Origin: Myxococcota bacterium
GTDB lineage: Bacteria > Myxococcota_A > UBA9160 > JAFDDA01
Assembly: GCA_965228475.1 (NCBI GenBank)
Contig: OZ245817.1
Coordinates: 4,608,001-4,672,000 of the forward strand
Direction: 5' to 3'
DNA: 64,000 nt
Below, one piece after another: positions 29,367 to 38,700 of the stretch. The number at the start of each line of letters is the position of its first letter. Positions within the stretch are counted from its first letter, which is position 1. The translations under genes were made by a program, and so were the position numbers. The notes under the pieces were generated by a model. The model saw nothing but the letters and a program-made list of their open reading frames with translations. It was not told the DNA's origin and did not search any database.

Positions 29367-29611
29367 CCCGGCCTCGAAGAAGTCGAGCCGGGCGAAGACC
29401 CCGGCCAGAAGCACCAGGAGCCATGCCCGTGAGATTCGCAGCGAGGAAGTGCGTGCCCGCATCGTGAAGCGAGCCTATGGCGCCCGCTCCACGCGCGTCA
29501 GGTAGACGGGACGGACTTCTTCGCGCGCTTCGCTCTGCGATGGGCGCGCTCGAGCGGACTGTCACATGGCTTTCAGGGAAGGGTCACGAGCGTATCCGCG
29601 GGTTCACCGCG

Positions 29612-30877
29612 CTACTCGGTTCCCGCGATCGCCTCGTCGAGCGCCGCCGTGCGCGTGCGTGCGCCCTTGCCCTGTTTGCGCCAGCGCGCCGGGCCCGAGA
29701 GCTCGGGCTCGCGCACGGGCTCGAGGCTCGTCGGGTCCTTCTCCGGGTCGTCGAAGCGGGCGATCACGCCGTAGGTGGTGCTGCGCTCCACGGGCGTGCG
29801 GCCGACGGAGCGGATCAGCGCGCGCATCTCTTCCGCGGGGAAGTTCTCGCCGTGCTGGGAGCCGGATTCGCGGCTGATGGATTCTTCCATGAGCGTGCCG
29901 CCCATGTCGTTGGCGCCGGCGTCGAGGCACATGGCGCCGAGCTTCGGGCCCATCTTCACCCAGGAGACCTGGATGTTCGTGATCCACGGGCGCAGGAAGA
30001 GGCGGCCGACGGCGATCATGCGCAGGTCTTCCGCGGCCGTCGAGCCCGGGCGCGCGCCGAGGAAGTTGAAGAGCGTGTTCTTCTCGTGGATGAAGCCGAG
30101 GGGGACGAACTCGGTGAAGCCGCCCGTTTCTTTCTGGAGCTCGCGCAGGAGGCCCATGTGCTCGGCCACCTGGCGCGGGGTCTCGATGTGGCCGTACATG
30201 CAGGTGCTGCTCGAGCGCACGCCCGCGGCGTGGGCCGCGCGCACGATCTCGACCCAGCGCTCGCGCATGATCTTGTTCGGCGAGATCTGCTTGCGGACCG
30301 CGTCGTCGAGGATCTCGGCGGCGGTGCCGGGCATCGTGCCGAGGCCGGCCTCCTTCAGCCACGCGAAGACCTCGGCCAGCGGCATCCCGCTCTTGCGTTG
30401 GATGAAGTCGATCTCCTCGGGCGAGTAGGCGTGGATGTGGAGCTTCGGGAACTCGGCCTTGATGGCGCGCAGCACCTCCACGTAGTGCTCGGCGGTCTTG
30501 CGCGGGTCGATGCCGGCCTGGATGCAGACCTCGCTCGCGCCGCGGGCCACGGCATCCCGGCACTTCTCGAGGATCACCTCGTGCGGGTGATCGTAGGCGT
30601 CGGCCTCCTCGCGGTGGCGCGAGAAGCCGCAGAAGGAGCAGCCGACGTAGCAGACGTTGGTGAAGTTGATGTTGCGGCAGACGACGTAGGAGACGTCGTC
30701 GCCCGAGTCGTCCTGGCGGGCGAGATCCGCCGCGCGGGCGAGCCAGTGGAGGTCGGCGCCTTCGGCGCGCAGGAGGCGTTCGGCTTCGTCGGTCGAGAGC
30801 TCGCGGCCCTCGAGGGCGCGGTCGAGGATGGTGCGGACGTCCGGCGAGACGCCGCCGAGCAGGCGTTCGAGACTCAT
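29612..30877 (-). CDS. cofH: FO synthase subunit CofH (radical SAM)
   Basis: NINFTNVCYVGCSFC, MPGTAAEIL, MYGHIE, GFTEFVPL, QVSWVKMG, GANDMGGTLMEESI; adjacent to cofG. Confidence 0.9.
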   Translation of the reverse strand: MSLERLLGGVSPDVRTILDRALEGRELSTDEAERLLRAEGADLHWLARAADLARQDDSGDDVSYVVCRNINFTNVCYVGCSFCGFSRHREEADAYDHPHEVILEKCRDAVARGASEVCIQAGIDPRKTAEHYVEVLRAIKAEFPKLHIHAYSPEEIDFIQRKSGMPLAEVFAWLKEAGLGTMPGTAAEILDDAVRKQISPNKIMRERWVEIVRAAHAAGVRSSSTCMYGHIETPRQVAEHMGLLRELQKETGGFTEFVPLGFIHEKNTLFNFLGARPGSTAAEDLRMIAVGRLFLRPWITNIQVSWVKMGPKLGAMCLDAGANDMGGTLMEESISRESGSQHGENFPAEEMRALIRSVGRTPVERSTTYGVIARFDDPEKDPTSLEPVREPELSGPARWRKQGKGARTRTAALDEAIAGTE

Positions 30878-32076
30878 GCGGCCTCCCGTGCGGGCGCGGA
30901 CTTCGCGTAGCCGTCTTCGTCGGCGAACTTCTCGAGGGCGGCGAGGATCTGCGGGTCGAAGCGCTCCGGGCGGCCGAGCACGTCCTCCGGGTAGACGGGC
31001 AGCCGCTCGCGCAGCGTGTGGCCGGCGGCCTCGGTGCGCTCGCGCAGGGCACCGAGCGTCGGCCAGGGCGCTTCCGGGTTGATGAAGTCGACGGTCACGG
31101 GCGAGACGCCGCCCCAATCGTTCAGGCCCGAGCGCAGCAGGAGCTCGAGCACGTCGGGGGCGAGGTTCGGCGGCGCCTGCACGTTGGCCTCGGGGCCGAG
31201 CACGAGCCGCGCCATCGCCACCCAGGCGGCGACCTCTTCATCGGGCAGGGCATCGGCCGCGCGCATCTTGATGCTCGGCTTCGGGTGGAAGGGCTGGACG
31301 ATCGTCTCCTGGATGTTCCCGTGGCGATCCTGGAGGTCGCGGATCGCGAAGAGCGTCTCGAGCCGCTCCGCGGGCGTCTCACCGATGCCGAGCAGGAGCC
31401 CCGTCGTGAAGGGGATGCCGAGCTCGCCGGCCTCCTCGTGCATGCGGATGCGCAGGGCCGGGTCTTTGTCCGGCGCGTGGAAGTGCGGCATGCCGCGCTC
31501 GCGCAGGCGCGGGCTCACGTTCTCGAGCATCAGCCCGAGCGAAGCATTCCAGGGCCGGAGCGCCGCCATCTGCTCCTGGGAGAGGATGCCCGCGTTCGTG
31601 TGCGGCAGGAGCCCGCCCTCGAAGGAGACGCGGCACGCTTCCACGAGATAGCCGGGCGTCGAATCGAAGCCGCGCTCGGCGAGCCAATCGCGGTGCTCGC
31701 GGTAGGCGATCTCCGGCTTGTCGCCGAGGCAGAAGAGCGCCTCGATGCAGCCGGTGGCGACACCCCCGCGCGTCACCGCGGCAACCTCTTCGAGGTCATA
31801 GGTATGGGCTTCCGGGGAGTCCGGCAGCTTCGCGAAGGTGCAGTAGGCGCAGCGGTCCCGGCACAGGTTCGTGAGCGGGATGAAGATGTTGCGCGAGAAG
31901 CTCACCGTCTTGCCCTTGGCGGCGAGCTTGCTCTCGAGGGCCGCCTCGAGGAGCGGCTCGCGCACGGCGGCTTCGGTGAGGTGGCCGGCCAAGCGGCGGG
32001 CAGCAGCGTCGTCCAGGCGGCCCGTCTCGCGGGCGTCCTTCAGGAAGGCCTGGACTTCGGCAGCAGCTAGGCTCAC
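30874..32076 (-). CDS. cofG: FO synthase subunit CofG (radical SAM)
   Basis: FIPLTNLCRDRCAYCTF, LPHTNAG, PFTTGLLLGIGET, QAPPNL, DWGGVSPVTVDFINPEAPWP. Confidence 0.93.
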   Translation of the reverse strand: MSLAAAEVQAFLKDARETGRLDDAAARRLAGHLTEAAVREPLLEAALESKLAAKGKTVSFSRNIFIPLTNLCRDRCAYCTFAKLPDSPEAHTYDLEEVAAVTRGGVATGCIEALFCLGDKPEIAYREHRDWLAERGFDSTPGYLVEACRVSFEGGLLPHTNAGILSQEQMAALRPWNASLGLMLENVSPRLRERGMPHFHAPDKDPALRIRMHEEAGELGIPFTTGLLLGIGETPAERLETLFAIRDLQDRHGNIQETIVQPFHPKPSIKMRAADALPDEEVAAWVAMARLVLGPEANVQAPPNLAPDVLELLLRSGLNDWGGVSPVTVDFINPEAPWPTLGALRERTEAAGHTLRERLPVYPEDVLGRPERFDPQILAALEKFADEDGYAKSAPAREAA

Positions 32077-32120
32077 GGGCGGGTCCTACCGCCGCGGCGG
32101 GCGCAGCCGCAGCCGCGCCA

Positions 32121-33893
32121 TCATACCGCAGCCCCGGCCGGGCCCGGGGACCCCTCGCTTTTTGCCGCCGGGATGCCGATCCAGCTCCGGAGCTGCTCGG
32201 CATCGGTCTGGTCGAGGAAGTCGCCCACGGGCAGGCCCTCGGTGTTGTGCTCCTTGATCGCCCCGAAGAGCCCGACCAGCGCCGGCACCATCTCCTCGCC
32301 CGAGAGCCGGGGGTAGAGCGTCTTGCCGATGCGGGTGCCTTCGCGGGAGCCGCCCACCAGGATCACGTGGTCGTTCTTGCCGTAGCCGTAGATGCCGATC
32401 TCGGCCGTCGGCGGCCGGGCGCACATGTTCGGGCAGCCGGTCATGCGGATCACGACGTCGACGTCGCCGTGCCCCGCCGCTTCGATGGCGTCGAAGTAGT
32501 CGGGCAGGATGCCCTCGGCATCCGTCATGGCGAGGCCGCAGGTGGGCTTCGCCGGGCACGCCATGGCGTTCTTGCGCGCGATCGAGAGCTCTTCGGGAAG
32601 CGCCACGCCGTGCTTCTTCAGGATCGCCTCGACGGCTTCCGCGCTCTCGGCGCCCACGAGCAGGAGATCCTGCTGGGGCGTGAGCCGCACGCGCAGGCCG
32701 AGGGTCTCGACCGCTTCGCGCACGGCCTTGCGGAGGCTCCCCTTCACGCGCCCGTTCTCGACGGAGACACCGTACCAGCCGCCGCCCCCGCGCATCTCGT
32801 GCCAGCCGAGGTGGAGCTCCATCGGCGGGACCGGCGTGGCCGGCGTGTCCTCGAGCGCGATGCCATAGGTGTCGCGCAGTTCCTTCTTCACCGTCTCGAC
32901 GCCCAGGCGGCGCATCGTGTACTTCCAGCGCGCCTGGCGGCGATCCTTGCGTTCGCCGTTGTCGCGCTGGAGGATCGCGATGCTGCGGATCGCATCGACG
33001 ACCTGCCCGCGCTGCACGCGGCCGAGGTACTCCCCGAGCAGCGGCGCCGTTTCGGGCTTGTTGTGGGTCATGCCCATGCCGCCGCCCGTCCAGAGATCGA
33101 AGGCGGTGCCGTCGGCGTCCGCGGGGACGAGGCCGACGTCCTGGCTGCGGAGGTCGACGCTGTTGTCGCCCGGGTGGGCCACGCCGATCTTGAACTTGCG
33201 CGGCAGGTAGTGCTCGCCGTAGACCGGCTCTTCCGGGTTCACGACCTGGCCCTTGTGGCCCTCTTCGTCCGAGACGAAGACCTGGAAGTAGGAGCTCGTG
33301 CGCGGCGAGAGCTCCTCGGCGATGTCCTCGGCGAGGGCGTTGCCGCGCGGGTCACCCGCCGGGTCGAGGCCGTCGATCGGCGAGCACATCACGTTGCGGT
33401 TCACGTCGCCGCAGGCCGCGAGGGTGCCGCCGTCGCGGTACTCGCGGTTCAGGTGGCGGATCAGTGGCGCGAGCTTCGGCCCGTAGACGTGGTGGTACTG
33501 GACGGCCTGGCGCGAGGTGATGCGGATCGTGCCGTCGGCGAACCGATCGGCCGCGTCGTCGAGGGCCTGCCACTGCTTCGGCGTGAGCTCGCCGCCGCCC
33601 GGGCACTTGATGCGGATCATGAAGAAGTAGTCCTTCAGCTTCTTCCCGCGCTCGCCCCGGCCCTGCTGCTTGTAGATCCCGAAGAACTTCGAGAGCTCCT
33701 TGGCCGTGTTCGAGATCGTGTCGGCCTTGCCCTCGGAGAGGTCGTCGACCTCGTCCCGGAAGGTGACGCCGCCCTCCGGATCGACGAAGAACAGGCCTTG
33801 GCTCGCGACCTTGATGCGCTCGTTCTTCGACATCTGGGAGACGTCGGAATTCTTGAGTGTGACGGAGGGCTTTTCGGAAGGCTGCCAGGCCAT
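32121..33893 (-). CDS. cysI: assimilatory sulfite reductase hemoprotein (siroheme/4Fe-4S)
   Basis: GIYKQ, ACGDVNRNV, YLPRKFK, CPAKPTCGLA and TGCPNMC cluster ligands. Confidence 0.88.
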   Translation of the reverse strand: MAWQPSEKPSVTLKNSDVSQMSKNERIKVASQGLFFVDPEGGVTFRDEVDDLSEGKADTISNTAKELSKFFGIYKQQGRGERGKKLKDYFFMIRIKCPGGGELTPKQWQALDDAADRFADGTIRITSRQAVQYHHVYGPKLAPLIRHLNREYRDGGTLAACGDVNRNVMCSPIDGLDPAGDPRGNALAEDIAEELSPRTSSYFQVFVSDEEGHKGQVVNPEEPVYGEHYLPRKFKIGVAHPGDNSVDLRSQDVGLVPADADGTAFDLWTGGGMGMTHNKPETAPLLGEYLGRVQRGQVVDAIRSIAILQRDNGERKDRRQARWKYTMRRLGVETVKKELRDTYGIALEDTPATPVPPMELHLGWHEMRGGGGWYGVSVENGRVKGSLRKAVREAVETLGLRVRLTPQQDLLLVGAESAEAVEAILKKHGVALPEELSIARKNAMACPAKPTCGLAMTDAEGILPDYFDAIEAAGHGDVDVVIRMTGCPNMCARPPTAEIGIYGYGKNDHVILVGGSREGTRIGKTLYPRLSGEEMVPALVGLFGAIKEHNTEGLPVGDFLDQTDAEQLRSWIGIPAAKSEGSPGPAGAAV

Positions 33894-33994
33894 GCTTTCC
33901 TCTGGTTTTTCAGGGTTCTCTGTGGGATGCCGGCGCGGGCCGAAGGTAGCGGAGAGGGCATCATCGCCCCAATTACCGCACCAATGAGTAGGTT

Positions 33995-34375
33995 TTAGCC
34001 GAGATCGTCCCGGGTGCGGGTGATGCGGATGCCCGCGTACTCGAGCACGCCGGCGATGGGCTTCGGCTTGCGAACGGTGACGGTGATCGCCTCGACGTCG
34101 AACTTCTCGAGCACGGCGTGCGCGATGCGCTCCCCGAGCGCCTCGACGAGCTTGTGTTCCTGGTTGCCGGCGACGTCCTCGATCACCTCGAAGATCCGCT
34201 CGTAGTGGATGGTGTGGCGGATGTTGTCCGAGCGGCCGGCCGCTCGCAGGGGGCGGCGGGCCTCGAGGTCGAGGGTGACGGGCCGGCGCATGCGCCGCTC
34301 GGCGGCGGAGACGCCGAGGGCCGCGGGGATCTGGATCCCCTCGAGGAGGATCACGTCGGGGGGCGATTCGGGCAT
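33995..34375 (-). CDS. folB: dihydroneopterin aldolase
   Basis: LGVSAAER, SDNIRHTIHY, LVEAL, VRKPKP. Confidence 0.9.
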   Translation of the reverse strand: MPESPPDVILLEGIQIPAALGVSAAERRMRRPVTLDLEARRPLRAAGRSDNIRHTIHYERIFEVIEDVAGNQEHKLVEALGERIAHAVLEKFDVEAITVTVRKPKPIAGVLEYAGIRITRTRDDLG

Positions 34376-34458
34376 GGGGCCTCCGTGGGCCCGGGAGCCT
34401 AGCTCAGGGGGCCGGGCTACGTTGCTGGCCCGCCCGGCGGGAGCCAAGGAGGTAGGCG

Positions 34459-35646
34459 ATGCAGTTCGAGGACGTGAGAGCGCGAGAGGCCGAGGGTTTC
34501 CTGCCCGTGGCGCGCCGCCTGCCCGTCGCGCTCGTCTCCGGCCAGGGCTCGCGCGTGCGCGACGTCGAGGGGCGCGAGTACACGGACCTCACCGCCGGCT
34601 GGGGCGTGAACGCGATCGGCCACTGCCACCCGGAGCTCGTGCGCGCGATCTCCGAGCAGGCCGGAACGCTCCTCCAGACCACGAACTTCATGTACTCGCT
34701 CCCGCAGCTCGAGCTGGTGGATGCGCTGCGGCGCGTGGCGCCCTCGGCGCTCACGCGGAGCTTCTTCGTCTCGTCGGGGACCGAGGCCATGGACGGCGCC
34801 CTGAAGATCGCCCATCGGGCGACGGGCCGGACGAAGTACGTCTCGACCCAGGGCTCCTTCCACGGGCGGAGCCTCGGCGCGCTCTCGGTGATCGGCCAGG
34901 AACATCACCGCGCTCCGTACGAAGCGCTGCTGCGCCAGGAGAACGCCGCGGTCCCCTTCAACGACGTCGAAGCGGCCACCGCAGCGATCGACGGCGAGAC
35001 GGCGGCGTTCATCGTCGAGCCGGTGCAGGGGGAAGGCGGCGTGAACCCGGCAGCGGACGGCTACCTCGCCGCGGTGCGCGCGGCCTGCACCGAGCACGGC
35101 GCGCTGCTCATCCTCGACGAGATCCAGACCGGCATCGGGCGCACGGGCCGCTGGTTCGCCTGCGAGCACGACGGCGTCACGCCCGACGTGATGACCATCG
35201 GCAAGATGCTCGGCGGCGGCGTTCCGATCGCCGGCTTCCTGTGCACGGAAGACGTCTCGAAGACCGTGCAGTTCGGCGACCACGGCGGCACCTACGCCGG
35301 CAACCTGCTCATGTGCGCGGCGGCGAACACCGTGATCCGCGTCATCGAAGCGGAGGGCCTCGTCGAGCGCGCCGCGCGGCTCGGCGACGAACTCCTCGCG
35401 CGCCTCACCGCCTTCGCCGAGGCCCACCCGGACCGCTGCGAGGTGGCCCGCGGCCGCGGCCTGCTCTGCGGGCTCGTTCTGCGGGAGCCCGAGCTCGCGG
35501 CCCGGGTCCAGCAGCGCGGCATCGAGGAGGGCATCCTCCTGAACGTCGCCGGCGGCCGCGTCCTGCGCTTCTTCCCCGCGCTGAACATCCCCGAGGACGA
35601 GCTCTGGCCGGCGGTCGACCGCCTGCTCGCGCTCGCCGCCGAGTAG
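34459..35646 (+). CDS. argD: acetylornithine aminotransferase (class III PLP)
   Basis: SGTEA, SFHGRS, EPVQGEGGV, DEIQTGIGRTG, GKMLGGG, HGGTY. Confidence 0.85.
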   Translation: MQFEDVRAREAEGFLPVARRLPVALVSGQGSRVRDVEGREYTDLTAGWGVNAIGHCHPELVRAISEQAGTLLQTTNFMYSLPQLELVDALRRVAPSALTRSFFVSSGTEAMDGALKIAHRATGRTKYVSTQGSFHGRSLGALSVIGQEHHRAPYEALLRQENAAVPFNDVEAATAAIDGETAAFIVEPVQGEGGVNPAADGYLAAVRAACTEHGALLILDEIQTGIGRTGRWFACEHDGVTPDVMTIGKMLGGGVPIAGFLCTEDVSKTVQFGDHGGTYAGNLLMCAAANTVIRVIEAEGLVERAARLGDELLARLTAFAEAHPDRCEVARGRGLLCGLVLREPELAARVQQRGIEEGILLNVAGGRVLRFFPALNIPEDELWPAVDRLLALAAE

Positions 35647-35716
35647 CGCCTGGGGGCCCGAGTAGCGCCTGGGGGCCCGAGTAGCGCCCGGGGGCCCGAG
35701 TAGCGCCCGGGGGCCC
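35641..35716. repeat. 4 x 19-bp tandem repeat GAGTAGCGCC(T/C)GGGGGCCC
   Basis: Units start at 35641, 35660, 35679, 35698; the first unit contains the argD stop codon. Confidence 0.97.
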
Positions 35717-35725
35717 GACTCGCGC

Positions 35726-38700
35726 CTAGAGGCCCGAGGGCGTCGGCACCAACGAACCGAGGTTCGAGCCGTCGCCGAATGCGCCCGAGAAGTTGTGCCC
35801 CCAGACCTGCGGCGCTTCGCTGCCTTCGGGCAGCGCGAGCGTGTGCTTGTAGCCGGCGCTGATCTCCCGGATCCGAGGCAGGCCCGGGACAGCCGTCGGC
35901 GTCGGAACGTCGAGGGTCGTGTTGATGCCGAGCTGACCCGAATCGTTGAAGCCCCAGGTGTAGACCGTGCCGTCCGCCGCGAGGGCCACGGAATGGTGCT
36001 GGCCCGCGGCGATCGCGACGATGTCGGCGAGGCCGGGAACCTGGATCGGCACCGTGCTCCCCGGGTTGAACGGCCCGGGGGTGAAGGTCCCCTGGCCGAG
36101 CTGGCCGTGGTCGTTCGCGCCCCAGGCGTAGACGTCGCCTGCCTCGGTCAACGCCAGGGCATGGAGCCCGCCGCCCGCGATCGCGACGACGTTGCTGAGC
36201 CCGACGGCCTGCACCGGCGATGCAGAGTTCGTCGTCGTCCCGTCGCCGAGCTGTCCCTCGGCGTTCCGTCCGAAGGTCCAGACCGCTCCCTGGTGGAGCC
36301 CCATCGAGAAGGATTCACCCGCGGCGACCGCGCGGGTGCCCGAGTTCGCGGAGCCGGCCAGCAGGGTCGGCACGTGCGAGGTCGGCGTCGCGCCGAAGGT
36401 CCCCTGACCGAGCTGACCACCGCCGTTGTTGCCCCAGGTGTAGACGCTTCCGTCGTTGCCGAGGGCGATCGAGTGCTCGCCGCCGGCCGCGACCATCACG
36501 ATGTCCGCGAGGCCGAGAACGACGGCGGGCGTATCGTCGAAGCCTCCCGGCGAGAGGTCGCCCAGCTGACCATGGTTGTCGTTGCCGAAGGCGACCACCG
36601 TTCCGTCGTTCCGCAAGCCGAGCGCGTGATGCAGGTGGGAGGAGACCCGGTTCACGTTGCACGCCGCGGGGCCGAGATCGACCGGCACGAACGCGGAGTT
36701 CGGTGAGTTGCCGTCGCCGAGCTGGCCGAACTCGTTGCGGCCAGTCGCGCGCAGGCCATGGTCCCGCTTCACGGCGTAGCTCTGGAAGCCGCCGGCGGTG
36801 AGCCCGGCGGCATCGAGCGGGTCGAGGGTGCCCGTGTTGCGCAGGTCGGCCTGGAAGGTCGGCCACGGCGCCAGGTGCGGCGCCCACGGGATCCCGAGGT
36901 CCCAGACGTAGATCTTGCCTCCCGCTGCCATGGCGAGATCGGCGTCCCCGTCTCCGTCGACGTCGTCGATGGCCGGGGTCGAGCGCAGGTAGTCGGACTC
37001 GCCCCAGAGATACTTGGGGAAGCCCTGGGCGCCGTTCGATCCGATGGCGTAGAGCGCCGAACGGATCGCGCCGAGCTGCTCCCGCACCGCGCCGCGCACG
37101 ATGTCGGAGCGCCCGTCGCCGTCGATGTCCGCGACGATCGGGCTTCCGGGTACGGGATTCTCCCAAACGAGGTTCATCCCCGTTCCGCCCTCGCCGTTCG
37201 TCATCAGATGCGTGTAGACGTGGGCGCCCGTGTGCTCGTGGACGTGGAACGCGTGGTGCGGCGCCTGGTTGGTCTGCTGATCCTGGCTCCCGGGGGAGAC
37301 CACGATCTCGAGCTCACAGTCGCCGTCTTCGCCCGGCACCATCGCGCCTGTACCGCTCGCGATGTCGGGGAGAGGCCACCCCGAGACCGGCGTTCCGTCG
37401 TGATGCCACATGCGATGCCCGGCGAGGATCTCGAGGTCTCCGTCCCGATCGATGTCGCCCACGACCGCCTCGGGCATGCCGTTGGCGTGGTGCAGATCCT
37501 GGGCGGGCTGCGGCCAATTCAGATTCAGGGGAGACAGTGCGTTCAGCGTGACGACGTGGACCTCGCCGAGGCCGATGAGCCAGTTCCAGATGAGCGTGGT
37601 CGAGAGCGTCAGGACGATGTCGTCCATTCCGTCGCGGTCGAGGTCCGCCAAGGTGGGCGAGCCCATGCCGATGCCCGGCAGGGCCGTGCTCGTCTCGAGC
37701 AGACCCGTCGCCGCATCCAGGATGAACAGGATCGTCTCGAGGTTCGGGTTGTCGTGGAGGAAGAAGACGGTAAAGACGACCTCGTCGCGCCCGTCTCCGT
37801 CCACGTCGCCGATGGCCACCGAAGAAGGCGTTCCCTGCGAGAGCAGGCCGGTGGTGTTCGGGTTCTGCACCGCGTAGGTCCAGAGGGCGTTTCCGTTCGG
37901 CTCGAGAGCGCGGACCACCGGCGCGCCGGCGTTCGGACCGTTCGGGTCGTAGTCGTGCACGATCGCGACGACTTCGCGCCCGCCGAGCCCGTCGACGTCG
38001 GAGATGGCCGGGTTCGTCCGTCCGATGCCCGGATCGAGGGTGAAGCCGGACTTCAGCGTGCCGTCGGCCTCGAAGACCGAGGCGCCGTAGATGATCTCCT
38101 TCGAACCGTCGCCGTCGAGGTCCGCGATCTTGGGCGACTTCATGGTCGGGTCGTGGTTCACGTCGACCGGCCAGCCGGAGAGCAACCCGCTGTCGACGCA
38201 GACGACGACGTAGTCGTAGGACGGCCCCATGTTCCCGGTGTGGTGCACGGTCAGACGGAGCTCGTAGCAGCCGTCGGTGAAGCCGCTCCAGAGTCCGAGC
38301 TGGCCGACGTTGGCGAAGGGCCCGGCCGTCGTGCCGCCCACGGGCGTCCAGGTGTTGGTTCCGAGCGGACGCTCCTCGAGCTCGTAGTAGGAGTAGTTCG
38401 CCGTCCCGGTCTTCCCCATCACGGGGTAGGGCGCGAGGCTCGAGAGCGTCGAGTGATGCAGCGGGTCCGCGATGTAGGCGTTCTGGATTCGGATCTGGTT
38501 GCGATCCTCGCTCTCGGTCCCGTTCGTGGTGTCCTTCGTCACGACGCGCAGCACGTAGTCGCCATCCGCGAAGTTGTTCGTGTTCAGGGTGTGGAGGGTG
38601 CCGTTCACGTCGAGGGGAATCGGGCCGGCGATCTGATTGAACTGGCCGATGGTCGGGTTCGCGCCCGGAGCGATCCAGACCTCGTAGTGCCCGGTGCCGC

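Noticed and set aside
29612..30877. MqnC/MqnE (futalosine pathway) instead of CofH
   Set aside because: Translational coupling to a clear cofG and the QVSWVK / GTLMEESISR motifs favour CofH.
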